Below are positions 39,230-48,153 of a DNA stretch of 64,000 nt, piece by piece. Made by a program: the position numbers and the translations under genes. The notes beneath the pieces are model-generated. The model was not told where the DNA came from. It ran no database searches and worked only from the letters and a program-made list of their open reading frames with translations. This DNA comes from an uncultured virus (IMG/VR IMGVR_UViG_3300018083_000026) (Duplodnaviria; Heunggongvirae; Uroviricota; Caudoviricetes): IMG/VR virus record IMGVR_UViG_3300018083_000026; one strand, written 5' to 3'. The first letter of the stretch is position 1; every line of letters starts with the position of its first letter.

Positions 39230-40315
39230 ATGGACCCTAAAGCCATCAAACAATCACTGACTGCCAAACGGCCGAAGGTCCTTCTGTCGAAGGAGAGTGC
39301 TCTTAGCAGTGGGAGCACTCTCCTTAATCTAGCCTGCACCGACCATCCGTCCTACGCTTTCATGAAGGGCGGTTACTACTATTTGGTCGGGGATAGCATG
39401 TCCGGGAAAACTTGGACGAGTCTTTCGTGCTTTGCGGAGGCTTGTATTAATCCCGCCTTCAAGAACCACCGGCTTGTCTTTGACGACGTGGAAGGCGGAG
39501 CCTTAATGGATATGGAATATTATTTTGGCAAAGAGGTTGCCCGCCGGATGGAGCCGCGCGAGTCCAACACTATTGAAAGCTTTTACACCTCGCTCAATAA
39601 ACTGATCAAAGAGGGGCGTCCTTTTATCTACGTGCTCGACTCCCAAGATGCTCTAACCTCCAACGCCTCCGCTAAGAAGCTGGCGAAGCAAAGGCAAGCA
39701 ACTGAATCTGGCGAGGACTCCAAAGGGTCTTACGGGGATGGCAAGGCCAAGTATCACAGCGAAAACATTCGCCAGGTAATGTCCGACCTGCGGCGGCTGC
39801 AAAGCATCCTTATTATCATTGGCCAGACCCGGGATAACCTAGGTTTCGGGTTCGAAAAGAAAACCCGGAGCGGCGGCAAGGCTCTACGCTTCTACGCCCA
39901 ACTAGAAATCTGGACTTCCGTTTTCAAGAAGATCAAGAAGATAGTGCGGGGCAAGCCGCGCACTATCGGCGCCCGGTGCTTAGCCGAGGTGAAGAAGAAC
40001 CGGGTGACAGGAAAGATCGGAAAAGATCGCTCCGTGGAAATACCCATTTACTATGGGCTAGGCATAGATGACGTGGGCAGCATTGTCGATTATTTGATAG
40101 CGGAGGAACACTGGTCCGCAACCGAGAGCAGCAAGGGTAATAAAAAAATCAAACTCCTGCACGCGCCGGAGCTAAGCTTCAAAGGGACCCGGGGCCAGCT
40201 CATATCGCACATTGAGCAGGAGCGGCTCGAACCCAAAGTCCGCCAGCTCGCGGGCCAGGTGTGGGCCGAAGTGGAATCCGAATGCGAGCCGCACAGAAAG
40301 AGACGTTATGAATAA
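39230..40315 (+). CDS. RecA/UvsX-like recombinase
   Basis: SSGS..LN, GDSMSGKT, VLDS, Q.RD, SGGKALRFYA, KNR. Confidence 0.9.
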   Translation: MDPKAIKQSLTAKRPKVLLSKESALSSGSTLLNLACTDHPSYAFMKGGYYYLVGDSMSGKTWTSLSCFAEACINPAFKNHRLVFDDVEGGALMDMEYYFGKEVARRMEPRESNTIESFYTSLNKLIKEGRPFIYVLDSQDALTSNASAKKLAKQRQATESGEDSKGSYGDGKAKYHSENIRQVMSDLRRLQSILIIIGQTRDNLGFGFEKKTRSGGKALRFYAQLEIWTSVFKKIKKIVRGKPRTIGARCLAEVKKNRVTGKIGKDRSVEIPIYYGLGIDDVGSIVDYLIAEEHWSATESSKGNKKIKLLHAPELSFKGTRGQLISHIEQERLEPKVRQLAGQVWAEVESECEPHRKRRYE

Positions 40316-40505
40316 AACCAATCAACCCATTCCCATCGTGATGCCGATACGGAAGGTGACGCAAGTCGTATCCAATATCGACTCTGTAGGGAAGTATTTT
40401 ATCCTAGCCGTTTGCAATGATGGCACGCTTTGGAAGTTGGATGGGCTCTATGAAGGGAATGTCAAGTGGGAGCCCTTCCCCACTCCTCCGGGGAGGGACG
40501 AGTGA
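40308..40505 (+). CDS. Hypothetical protein
   Basis: LAVCNDGTLW...WEPFP. Confidence 0.55.
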   Translation: MNKTNQPIPIVMPIRKVTQVVSNIDSVGKYFILAVCNDGTLWKLDGLYEGNVKWEPFPTPPGRDE

Positions 40506-40683
40506 CCTCGCTTGTGTTAGCTTGTCCGCATGCATACATCACCAAGTGCCATTCTAGCGGCGGTTGCCGGGTTGCTGGCGGTCCTTTCCTTTTTCAAGCC
40601 GGAGTGGCCGATGCTATCCGTAGCGGTCTTGCTGCTAGCTATAGCTGTCTTCATTGCAGCGGGCAAGTAGGCAGGAGGTTCCT

Positions 40684-40953
40684 GTGACTCCCTGCGAGTT
40701 TGCAGAGGCCAATGTTATCTTTGGTCATCCACCTAATCTCGAGGAATCGCAATGTGCCTCCATTCCTGCTTGTGCTTATCAGATGGTGGGCGGCCCGCTG
40801 GACGGCGTAGAGATGGTCGTTGTGGCTTGGAAGCCCGACGCCGAGGACCTTAAACAACTGAATGAAGGTTCCCCTGTTTTCCTTTCCATAATAGGTGGAC
40901 TGCCTCCTCATTTTCTAAGCACCTCACCGCCTCCCAAACCCACTTTCGAATGA
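40684..40953 (+). CDS. Hypothetical protein
   Basis: P..F.EAN..FG.P, W.P..EDL..LN.G.PVFL...G..PP. Confidence 0.6.
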   Translation: MTPCEFAEANVIFGHPPNLEESQCASIPACAYQMVGGPLDGVEMVVVAWKPDAEDLKQLNEGSPVFLSIIGGLPPHFLSTSPPPKPTFE

Positions 40954-41753
40954 AGAACCTGATCCCCGACGACCAAATCCCCCGCACCGAACATGCCAAT
41001 GAAGTTTGGTCGCAGGAGCAAGACGACGCCCTGCTCAACGATTACTTATCCGGCGGCTCGCCTGGAGCCTTAGCCGCCAAGCACAAGCGCAAGCCCAAGG
41101 CGATCACCCGCCGCATCGACTATTACCGCGACAATGAGCGTGACTGGGTGGTGAATTACAAGCCCGGACCCACACGGCAGAGTCGGAAAGGAAAGCGGCT
41201 GACCTCCAATGAAAAGTTAATCATCGCGGGCCACCGCGCGAAGAAGATTGCTCCTTATCTCACCGCCCGGGTCCTCGCCCGGGAGGTCAGCGAAATTGAA
41301 GATCACGACGGACAAGTGCGGGAGGTTAAGAACTTAGCGGCTCTAGCACCCAAGCTAGATTTGATTTGGGCTTACCGATACATCTACTTGATCTATAAAC
41401 TATCCCTTATCAGCGACAAGACTTACGACGATTTAGTAGAGGAGGAAATTGAATATGGAGGCGGGACATTGGCCTTCGAGGGTATTAAGAAGCACCAAGG
41501 CTGGCCAATCCATATCCGCTCCTTGGCCGGCTACCTAACCGAAAAACAGAAAGCTTTGGCGGAGACCGCTGTAACTTATGCCTTGGGAGAGAGGGATGAA
41601 GACGGAAATTATGGACTTGTCTCCTCCCTCAAAGAAGCCCGCTCCTTCGATGGCAAGTCCGCCCGCTCCCGCATCTTCGAACTCAAAGGAGGCATCCGGC
41701 GAGCTATTGCCCGCTGGGACCCAAAGCAGATGCTGTGGGAGATGCGCCCATGA
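40950..41753 (+). CDS. Hypothetical protein (HTH-like N-terminus; segment resembling LigA domain Ia)
   Basis: WS.EQD..L; YIYL....LISDKTYDDL. Confidence 0.5.
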   Translation: MKNLIPDDQIPRTEHANEVWSQEQDDALLNDYLSGGSPGALAAKHKRKPKAITRRIDYYRDNERDWVVNYKPGPTRQSRKGKRLTSNEKLIIAGHRAKKIAPYLTARVLAREVSEIEDHDGQVREVKNLAALAPKLDLIWAYRYIYLIYKLSLISDKTYDDLVEEEIEYGGGTLAFEGIKKHQGWPIHIRSLAGYLTEKQKALAETAVTYALGERDEDGNYGLVSSLKEARSFDGKSARSRIFELKGGIRRAIARWDPKQMLWEMRP

Positions 41754-42625
41754 GACCGCCGCTCCTTATCATCGACGTCCACTACCTCTGCCACCGTGCC
41801 TTCCATTCCTCGCAGAAGGAACTCAACTGGAAGGGACGGGCTACAGGCGTGATCTTTGGATTCCTTAAGTCCATCAGTTTCCTGAAGGACGAGTTCCTGA
41901 CCGATCAGATAGCATTTTGCTTCGAGCACCCACACCTCTTCCGGCGGGATATCTACCCGCCCTATAAGCGCCGACGGCATGCAAAGGAGCGGACGCCCGC
42001 GGAGATGCGGGACTACTCCAATCTCATTGGCCAGATCACCGAGCTGCACCAAAAGTATCTGCCCAAGATTGGCTTCCGGAATGTCTTTTGTTTCCGGGGC
42101 ATGGAAAGCGACGACATCATGGCCGCACTGGCCCGCGATTGTCCAGACAACGAGGAGGCGATTCTAGTGACGGGCGATAACGACTTGCTTCAATGCCTCA
42201 AGGATAACGTCACCCTCTACTCTCCCCAGAAACAAAAACTGCTAACCCAAAATTGGTTCTGCCATCACTATGGGATCTGGCCCAAGCAATGGCCGCTAGT
42301 CAAAGCCATTGCCGGGTGCAAAGGAGACGAGGTGGAGGGGATTAAAGGTATCGGAGAAATTTCGGCGTTGAAGTATGCCCGCGGAGAACTTAAGCTAGAC
42401 AGCAAAGCCTACCTATCTATCGTCTCACCCGCCGGCAAAGCTATCGTGCGGCGGAACCGGCCCCTAGTCCAACTCCCCTACTCTACCTGTCCCCGCCCCG
42501 AGCTTCGCGAAGACTGCGTCACGAAGGAAGCATGGGTGGAAACGTGCGGCCTGTTAGGAATGCGATCCATTGCGGGCCACCCGCCCGTGGCCCTAAGAAA
42601 GTTGATGAGCTATGGTCGTGGGTAA
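41750..42625 (+). CDS. 5'-3' exonuclease / flap endonuclease
   Basis: IID, YP.YK, ESDD, TGDNDL.Q, GIKGIGE.SA. Confidence 0.92.
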   Translation: MRPPLLIIDVHYLCHRAFHSSQKELNWKGRATGVIFGFLKSISFLKDEFLTDQIAFCFEHPHLFRRDIYPPYKRRRHAKERTPAEMRDYSNLIGQITELHQKYLPKIGFRNVFCFRGMESDDIMAALARDCPDNEEAILVTGDNDLLQCLKDNVTLYSPQKQKLLTQNWFCHHYGIWPKQWPLVKAIAGCKGDEVEGIKGIGEISALKYARGELKLDSKAYLSIVSPAGKAIVRRNRPLVQLPYSTCPRPELREDCVTKEAWVETCGLLGMRSIAGHPPVALRKLMSYGRG

Positions 42626-42721
42626 GGTCGTAAAAAGATTTTGGAGCTTTGTAGACATTCAAGGGCCCAATGATTGCTGGGTCTGGCTTGTAGCTGAAAG
42701 AAAATCTTGGAGGCATGTAAT

Positions 42722-43312
42722 ATGAAGAAAGGAGGAGGAGGACAAAAAGGCAGCGGGTTCGAACGGGAAATTTGCAAGAAGCTATCTTTATGGTGGACTG
42801 ATAATAAATCCGATTGCGTTTTTTGGCGCTCCAGCCAAAGCGGCGGACGTGCTACGCAGCGGACGAAGAAAGGACAGAAGACCTTTGGGTCTTACGGGGA
42901 CATCGCGGCAGTAGACCCGATAGGCCAGCCTCTTATGCAGATGTTTACAATTGAGCTGAAGCGGGGCCGTTCCCACGGGAGCCCGGGCGACTTGCTGGAT
43001 GCATTACCACCCCGGGGCAAAAGTCCGCCTCCCTTTGAAGCTACACTCCTCCAAGCCATGCGTGGGTGCAAAGAGGCTGGCTCCGCCGGCTGGCTGCTCA
43101 TATGCCAGCGGGACCGGCACGTTCCGATGGTCTACATGGATTGGGAATCGGCTTTTCGATTCCGGCGCTGTCTTGCTGGCACACCCTTCTCTACGTTCCG
43201 GGTCCAGCTCTACTATCCCAAGGCCCGCCTCCGCTTCCTGGCGATGCCTCTCGAAGACTTCCTTACTAGCGTTGAACCCATTGCCATTATAGAAATGTGC
43301 AAGCGTCTCTAG
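42722..43312 (+). CDS. Holliday junction resolvase-like PD-(D/E)xK nuclease
   Basis: KGSGFERE, GDI, IELK. Confidence 0.8.
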   Translation: MKKGGGGQKGSGFEREICKKLSLWWTDNKSDCVFWRSSQSGGRATQRTKKGQKTFGSYGDIAAVDPIGQPLMQMFTIELKRGRSHGSPGDLLDALPPRGKSPPPFEATLLQAMRGCKEAGSAGWLLICQRDRHVPMVYMDWESAFRFRRCLAGTPFSTFRVQLYYPKARLRFLAMPLEDFLTSVEPIAIIEMCKRL

Positions 43313-43483
43313 GACTGCGAAATTCCTGCCGAGCTTGCCCCTTCCCGCTGTCTTTCGAGTTAAAGGGTCCCAAAGTAGTGGGGAAGGGTCCGAGCACGTC
43401 CCAAAGCAAAGGGCCGGTGCGGAATAGAAACACACCGGCCCAACCCATCCAGCGGAATGCCAAGCCGCCATCAGGAAAGTAAT

Positions 43484-43891
43484 TTACAAAACAAAGTTGT
43501 CCAGCTCTCGCACGTTGCAGCGATGAACCTTTCGGTCCGCAGCTACGACCAACGCTTCGAGCCGTCCTATATCCAATTGCATGATAGACACAGCTTGCCC
43601 GCGGAAGTGGGCAGTTCGATAGTGCGGCAGCTTGTGTTTGAAGTCGGGTCCATACTTGTCCTCAAAGTAGGAAAGCGGGCGGACGGGTCCGGGGAGGTTC
43701 CCGGAGGCTAGCTCCAGCAAGATGGCAAGGAAGTCCAGCGGGTCTATAATGTCAGTAATATGGAATGTGGCTTGCGGACAGGACGGCGCGAGGAAGGAGT
43801 CGACATACCGATCCGCCGCATCCTCATCGTCAAAGATCCCCACAGTTCCCGTCACGGTCCCGTCCACCTTAATTTCAATGATATATTTCAT
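43484..43891 (-). CDS. Hypothetical protein
   Basis: ORF in reverse-oriented accessory block. Confidence 0.55.
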   Translation of the reverse strand: MKYIIEIKVDGTVTGTVGIFDDEDAADRYVDSFLAPSCPQATFHITDIIDPLDFLAILLELASGNLPGPVRPLSYFEDKYGPDFKHKLPHYRTAHFRGQAVSIMQLDIGRLEALVVAADRKVHRCNVRELDNFVL

Positions 43892-44097
43892 TTTGGTTTC
43901 ACTTCTGTTGGCTTATTATCTTGGTTGTTTATATTCTGCAAAAAATGGTCCCGGCACGGTTCACATATTGTATGGCTGAGCGGCAAGCCTAATTCCCGCA
44001 GCTCAGGGTGGAGCAGGAAGAGAGTCTTTCCGGGGAGGCACCAGCCACAAACGGAAATCTTACCCGCTGCTTGATTCACTTCAAAGTTGCCAGTCAT
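43888..44097 (-). CDS. Small Zn-binding protein
   Basis: VCGWC...SHTICEPC. Confidence 0.55.
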   Translation of the reverse strand: MTGNFEVNQAAGKISVCGWCLPGKTLFLLHPELRELGLPLSHTICEPCRDHFLQNINNQDNKPTEVKPK

Positions 44098-44306
44098 ATA
44101 AATATAGTCGGACAGTCGACAATTAATCCGCCACAATGTTTACACTTGCTAGTGATGAAACTCTCTCCAGCCATCAACCCACGCCGGCGTTTAATGTTCT
44201 GGAAGCAATGGGCAGCTGGGCCGTTCGCCACCCGCTTAGGATTGTCCGGACAATCCCGCTTCGAATACCACTGCCCTGTTGCTAAAGTTTTGTCTTGGTT
44301 AGTCAT
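44094..44306 (-). CDS. Small Cys-rich protein
   Basis: CP, HC, CKHCG. Confidence 0.45.
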   Translation of the reverse strand: MTNQDKTLATGQWYSKRDCPDNPKRVANGPAAHCFQNIKRRRGLMAGESFITSKCKHCGGLIVDCPTIFI

Positions 44307-44494
44307 GAAAGCCTCCAATCCCGCAGCGTGGACCTGAACTGAGCTGCTTCGTTGCGTGCCCGCTCCAGCATGTGAGCGCGGCAGGTGGGTGTATAGCGTG
44401 CTAGCAAACAGAACCGGCGGATTTCCGACCGATGCCAGGTCAAGACCTGGTTGTATATCTGCGCCGCAAGCTCTGTGTTCTTCTTAATAACCAT
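44303..44494 (-). CDS. Hypothetical protein
   Basis: Coupled ORF. Confidence 0.45.
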   Translation of the reverse strand: MVIKKNTELAAQIYNQVLTWHRSEIRRFCLLARYTPTCRAHMLERARNEAAQFRSTLRDWRLS

Positions 44495-44750
44495 AAATGC
44501 CTCCGGTCGTTTCTGTGTTGCGCGTGCAAGTATCGCAGTGATAGTTATGCGCCTTCTGGTAGGGCGTTAAAAGGCGCTCCCGACAATCCGGGCAGAGCAG
44601 TGGATGTTTGCTAATGTCCCTGGGCTTAGGCTCGACACCGGTGGCACATTGCTTGCACTTACCCTCGTGGGTGCGGGCGTATTGCCTTGTGGTCTTGGTC
44701 CCGCACTGGGTGCAAGCTGCGAGTAATACGGAGTAATTTGGTTTTGGCAT
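44484..44750 (-). CDS. Zn-finger protein
   Basis: CTQC, CKQC, CPDC, YHCDTC. Confidence 0.6.
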   Translation of the reverse strand: MPKPNYSVLLAACTQCGTKTTRQYARTHEGKCKQCATGVEPKPRDISKHPLLCPDCRERLLTPYQKAHNYHCDTCTRNTETTGGIYGY

Positions 44751-44751
44751 A

Positions 44752-44943
44752 TTAGCTTTTGAATTGAGAGTTATAGGCTTCAATGAACTTTGGCAAGTCT
44801 CCAGTAACTACGATTTTGGTGCAAGCGTCGGACGTAGTAGCTTGGCACCCGGTTTTCTCCGCTGGATATGTGACGCACTCCAGCTGGCTCTCGTTCATAA
44901 TACCGGTGAAGGTGATTTTGTCTTTTGTGACTCTTGTTCTCAT
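44752..44943 (-). CDS. Hypothetical early protein
   Basis: Start follows motif at 44957-44972. Confidence 0.55.
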   Translation of the reverse strand: MRTRVTKDKITFTGIMNESQLECVTYPAEKTGCQATTSDACTKIVVTGDLPKFIEAYNSQFKS

Positions 44944-44956
44944 ATAGGTATGTATC

Positions 44957-45165
44957 AGCAAGTGTTGTGCCCGATTTGGCCCTACTGGTTGAAACCCGCT
45001 ATCACTTGCTCCACAGATGCTTCCTGGGCCCGGGCGTCCGCTTTGCTGGCCTTCTGCACAGTGTCGAAGCTGACACACAAGAAGAGGTATAAGCCGGCTG
45101 CTACTGCCACGGTTACTGCTAAGCTTTTTAATGTCATGACAATACTATCAGCAAATGCCAGGCCC
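44957..45165 (-). promoter_or_regulatory. Two sigma54-like promoters
   Basis: GGGCACAACACTTGCT (44957-44972), GGGCCTGGCATTTGCT (45150-45165). Confidence 0.75.
44982..45137 (-). CDS. Small membrane protein
   Basis: MTLKSLAVTVAVAAGLYLFLC; follows motif. Confidence 0.55.
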   Translation of the reverse strand: MTLKSLAVTVAVAAGLYLFLCVSFDTVQKASKADARAQEASVEQVIAGFNQ

Positions 45166-45246
45166 AGCAAGTCCCAGCATCCGGCCGAACCCCACTGTCC
45201 ATCTTTGAATCTACTGCCCAGGACATGCGGTCCAGATAATATGCTC

Positions 45247-46275
45247 ATGCAACTAGCATCCCTTGAGCTGACGAACTTCCAGGCGCACAAGCGTCTCGAA
45301 GTTCGCTTTGCTCCCGGCATCACAACTATTATAGGACCTACGGACAAGGGCAAAACTTCCATCCTGCGGGCGCTGGGCTGGGTGGCGCAAAACAACTTGG
45401 GAGGGGAGGAGTTTATTAGGGAAGGTGCTAAGGAGACTTGCATCAAGCTTGTGGTCACGGACGGGAAGAAGTCTTTCACCATTGTCCGCTGCAAAGGGAA
45501 GTCGAACTCTTACTCCCTGGACGGGAAGGAGTATTTAGCTTTCGGACAGAACGTCCCGACCGACATTGCCAAACTCCTCCAGCTAAATGAAATCAACTTT
45601 CAGGGCCAACACGACGCGCCGTTCTGGTTTTCCGAGACGGCCGGGGAAGTGTCGCGGAGGCTCAATGCCGTAATCGATCTCACCATCATTGATTCCACAC
45701 TTTCCAATATTGCTTCCGCAGTTAGGCAGGGACAGGAGCGAAAGAGCTTGTATGAAGAACGCCTTAAGGAAGTTAGATATCAACTCGAAGAGCTGCGCCC
45801 GCAAAGGGTCCGGGTAGAAGAGTTCGCTGCCCTCAAAGAGAAGAAGAAAGCGGACAATGAAGCCACAAGAAATCATCTTCAACTAGCGGACCTGGTAACA
45901 AGCTATTCCGAATACAGTAATCGGGTAAGGGACTATCAAACCAAATCCCTCGTCCTGCAAACGGTCTTCAACAATGCTAAGGAAGCCGTCCGCCTCGCCC
46001 GACAAGAAAACCTCCTCCAAGACCTTATCAAAGATATTGAGGAAAGCCAAGCCGCCGCCAAGCCGCCTCCAAATTTTACCCCTGTTCAGAATGCTTATGC
46101 ACTCTGGGAGAAATTGCGCGGGCAGAGGGACGATTTATCCAGACTGGTTGAATTGATTGCCGACAGGCAAAATAGTGTTTCCAGCTGGGCTGCCGTAGTT
46201 TGGAAGAAGGCGGATGAGTTTACTCGGAAAACAAAGAATCAAAAGTGCCCACTATGCCAACAGACAATAACATGA
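45247..46275 (+). CDS. SbcC/Rad50 N-terminal half
   Basis: LTNFQAH, GPTDKGKT Walker A, Q-loop, coiled coil ending in CPLC. Confidence 0.88.
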   Translation: MQLASLELTNFQAHKRLEVRFAPGITTIIGPTDKGKTSILRALGWVAQNNLGGEEFIREGAKETCIKLVVTDGKKSFTIVRCKGKSNSYSLDGKEYLAFGQNVPTDIAKLLQLNEINFQGQHDAPFWFSETAGEVSRRLNAVIDLTIIDSTLSNIASAVRQGQERKSLYEERLKEVRYQLEELRPQRVRVEEFAALKEKKKADNEATRNHLQLADLVTSYSEYSNRVRDYQTKSLVLQTVFNNAKEAVRLARQENLLQDLIKDIEESQAAAKPPPNFTPVQNAYALWEKLRGQRDDLSRLVELIADRQNSVSSWAAVVWKKADEFTRKTKNQKCPLCQQTIT

Positions 46276-46312
46276 ACGAGATGTATCTTGCTATCTCTAG
46301 AGCGGCGGCCCA

Positions 46313-47227
46313 ATGAATCCAAATCCAATAGCCATTGCCATTAGCGACCTTCACCTCAACTTGCTCCAGCCGGCCTGCCGGGCGGACAAGGACTGGATGG
46401 AAGTCCAAGCCTCCTACCTCAAGCAAGTGCGGGACTGGGCGGAAGGGTTGCCTATCCTTTGTGCGGGCGATATCTTCGACAAGTGGAATGCTCCTCCAGA
46501 GTTGATAAACTTTGCGCTCAAACATCTACCTGATAAAATGTATTGCGTGCCTGGCCAGCATGACTTGCCCCTACACCGTATGGACTTGATGCATCGCAGT
46601 GGTTACGGCGTGCTGAAGCAAGTCGGAAAGATTCAAGACTTGATAGGACCCCTTTGCACGGTTCCGGCCGGAACAGAGTTAAGAATATATGGCTGCGGTT
46701 GGGAAGAGGAGATAGAACCCTTACACACCTCGAGTGGGCATAAGGATGGGGCAATAGATATTGCTCTCCTCCACCGTTATGTGTGGACTAAAGACAAGTC
46801 CTACCCTGGCGCTCCAGCTAGTTCCAACGTGTCTGCCCTCAACAAGTCCCTCAAAGGATACGACATCGCTATCTGCGGGGACAATCACATGGGCTTCCTA
46901 GCCCATGCTGGTAATTGCACGGTGCTCAACGTAGGCGGGTTCATCCGCCGCAAGTCTGATGAGATAGACTACGAGCCAGCCGTAGGCATCATTTACTCGG
47001 ACGGAACAGTAAAGCGTAGACGCCTGAACACTTCTGCCGACCGCTTCCACGAAACGGTGAAGGACCGGAAGGAAGTTCCTTTCGACATGAAAGAGTTTCT
47101 AGAAAGGCTCGAGGGATTGGGAGAGCATGGACTGGACTTCCGACAGGCAGTGGAAAACCACCTTAAGAGTGAGAATGTGCCTAATACCACTTGTGAGATA
47201 ATACTTTCAGCAATGGAAACAAAATGA
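46313..47227 (+). CDS. SbcD/Mre11-like metallophosphoesterase nuclease
   Basis: SDLH, GDIFD, GQHD, H, GDNH. Confidence 0.9.
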   Translation: MNPNPIAIAISDLHLNLLQPACRADKDWMEVQASYLKQVRDWAEGLPILCAGDIFDKWNAPPELINFALKHLPDKMYCVPGQHDLPLHRMDLMHRSGYGVLKQVGKIQDLIGPLCTVPAGTELRIYGCGWEEEIEPLHTSSGHKDGAIDIALLHRYVWTKDKSYPGAPASSNVSALNKSLKGYDIAICGDNHMGFLAHAGNCTVLNVGGFIRRKSDEIDYEPAVGIIYSDGTVKRRRLNTSADRFHETVKDRKEVPFDMKEFLERLEGLGEHGLDFRQAVENHLKSENVPNTTCEIILSAMETK

Positions 47228-47499
47228 AACGAACGCATCAACTTATCAACCGCGAAGAAACCGTCACCGCTTGGCAGTTCGACCACGCGGCGCCTATTCC
47301 CGTCTGGGTGGCCCGAAAGTTTCACCGCATTGGAGAAGAATTTGGCATATCCCTGAGCGAAGGTTGGCAAGCAATCGCTCCTAACGGGGAGATAGTCGAA
47401 GCTAAGCCAACTGACTGGGCAATGGTAATTGGAAATTCCATTATTGTGCTGAATGATTCAGAATTCCAAATGCTGTTCAAACCTATCCTAGCAACATGA
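47224..47499 (+). CDS. Hypothetical protein
   Basis: V.AWQF...P.W...A..TDW...F..LF. Confidence 0.6.
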   Translation: MKRTHQLINREETVTAWQFDHAAPIPVWVARKFHRIGEEFGISLSEGWQAIAPNGEIVEAKPTDWAMVIGNSIIVLNDSEFQMLFKPILAT

Positions 47500-47753
47500 A
47501 CGAAACACCTGCCTATCTGCATCGTCCGGGCGACATGCCCCGTGTGGAGCTCATGCAATTTGCCGAGCGGCTTATCGGACAGTTTGGCGGGCCTAAGCTA
47601 GTCGAAGTCCATTTTAAGTTTACTTGCATTTACTGTGGCGCCCGATGCACATTAAGTGATGCCAACATCCTTTACGAATGGGGTGAGTGCGCCAGATGTG
47701 GAAAGAACAATCAAATCGATATGGGTGGAATTACCCTGCATATGAAATTATGA
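47496..47753 (+). CDS. Zn-ribbon protein
   Basis: FTCIYCG...CARCG. Confidence 0.6.
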   Translation: MNETPAYLHRPGDMPRVELMQFAERLIGQFGGPKLVEVHFKFTCIYCGARCTLSDANILYEWGECARCGKNNQIDMGGITLHMKL

Positions 47754-47986
47754 TAACAGAAGAACAATATCGGAAACTGAAGCGGGACGTGGAGGAGGCT
47801 AAGTCCGAAGCGGACCGCGCAGAAGGCGCCCTAGCCCAGCTGCTCAAACGTCTCGAAGAAGAATTCCATTGCGACAACCTCAAAGAGGCCAAAGCCATGC
47901 TCACCGACTTGTCCAACAAGGAGGAGCGGGCTCAAACTATCTTCGAAAAGTCCCTGAAGGACTACGAAACGAAATGGCACCTATGA
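47750..47986 (+). CDS. Coiled-coil protein (possible SbcC middle piece)
   Basis: All-helical heptad pattern. Confidence 0.6.
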   Translation: MITEEQYRKLKRDVEEAKSEADRAEGALAQLLKRLEEEFHCDNLKEAKAMLTDLSNKEERAQTIFEKSLKDYETKWHL

Positions 47987-48153
47987 TATACAAGCATCGG
48001 AGAAATACCTTCCGGGCTATCGCGTTTGGGTTCATCCTAGGCTATGCGGCTTCCCACGCTCTCACTATTTACGGCAAGCTCCTGCACGGAGCCGTCATCG
48101 CCACTGCCATGGGCTACCTAGTATTCTTCTGGGAGCATGGAGATCATGATTAA
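47983..48153 (+). CDS. Small two-TM membrane protein
   Basis: Two hydrophobic stretches. Confidence 0.45.
   Translation: MIYKHRRNTFRAIAFGFILGYAASHALTIYGKLLHGAVIATAMGYLVFFWEHGDHD

Noticed and set aside
44764..45246. N-terminal 160 aa of the 503-aa ORF
   Set aside because: Overlaps minus-strand genes and promoters; SbcC homology starts at 45241-45247
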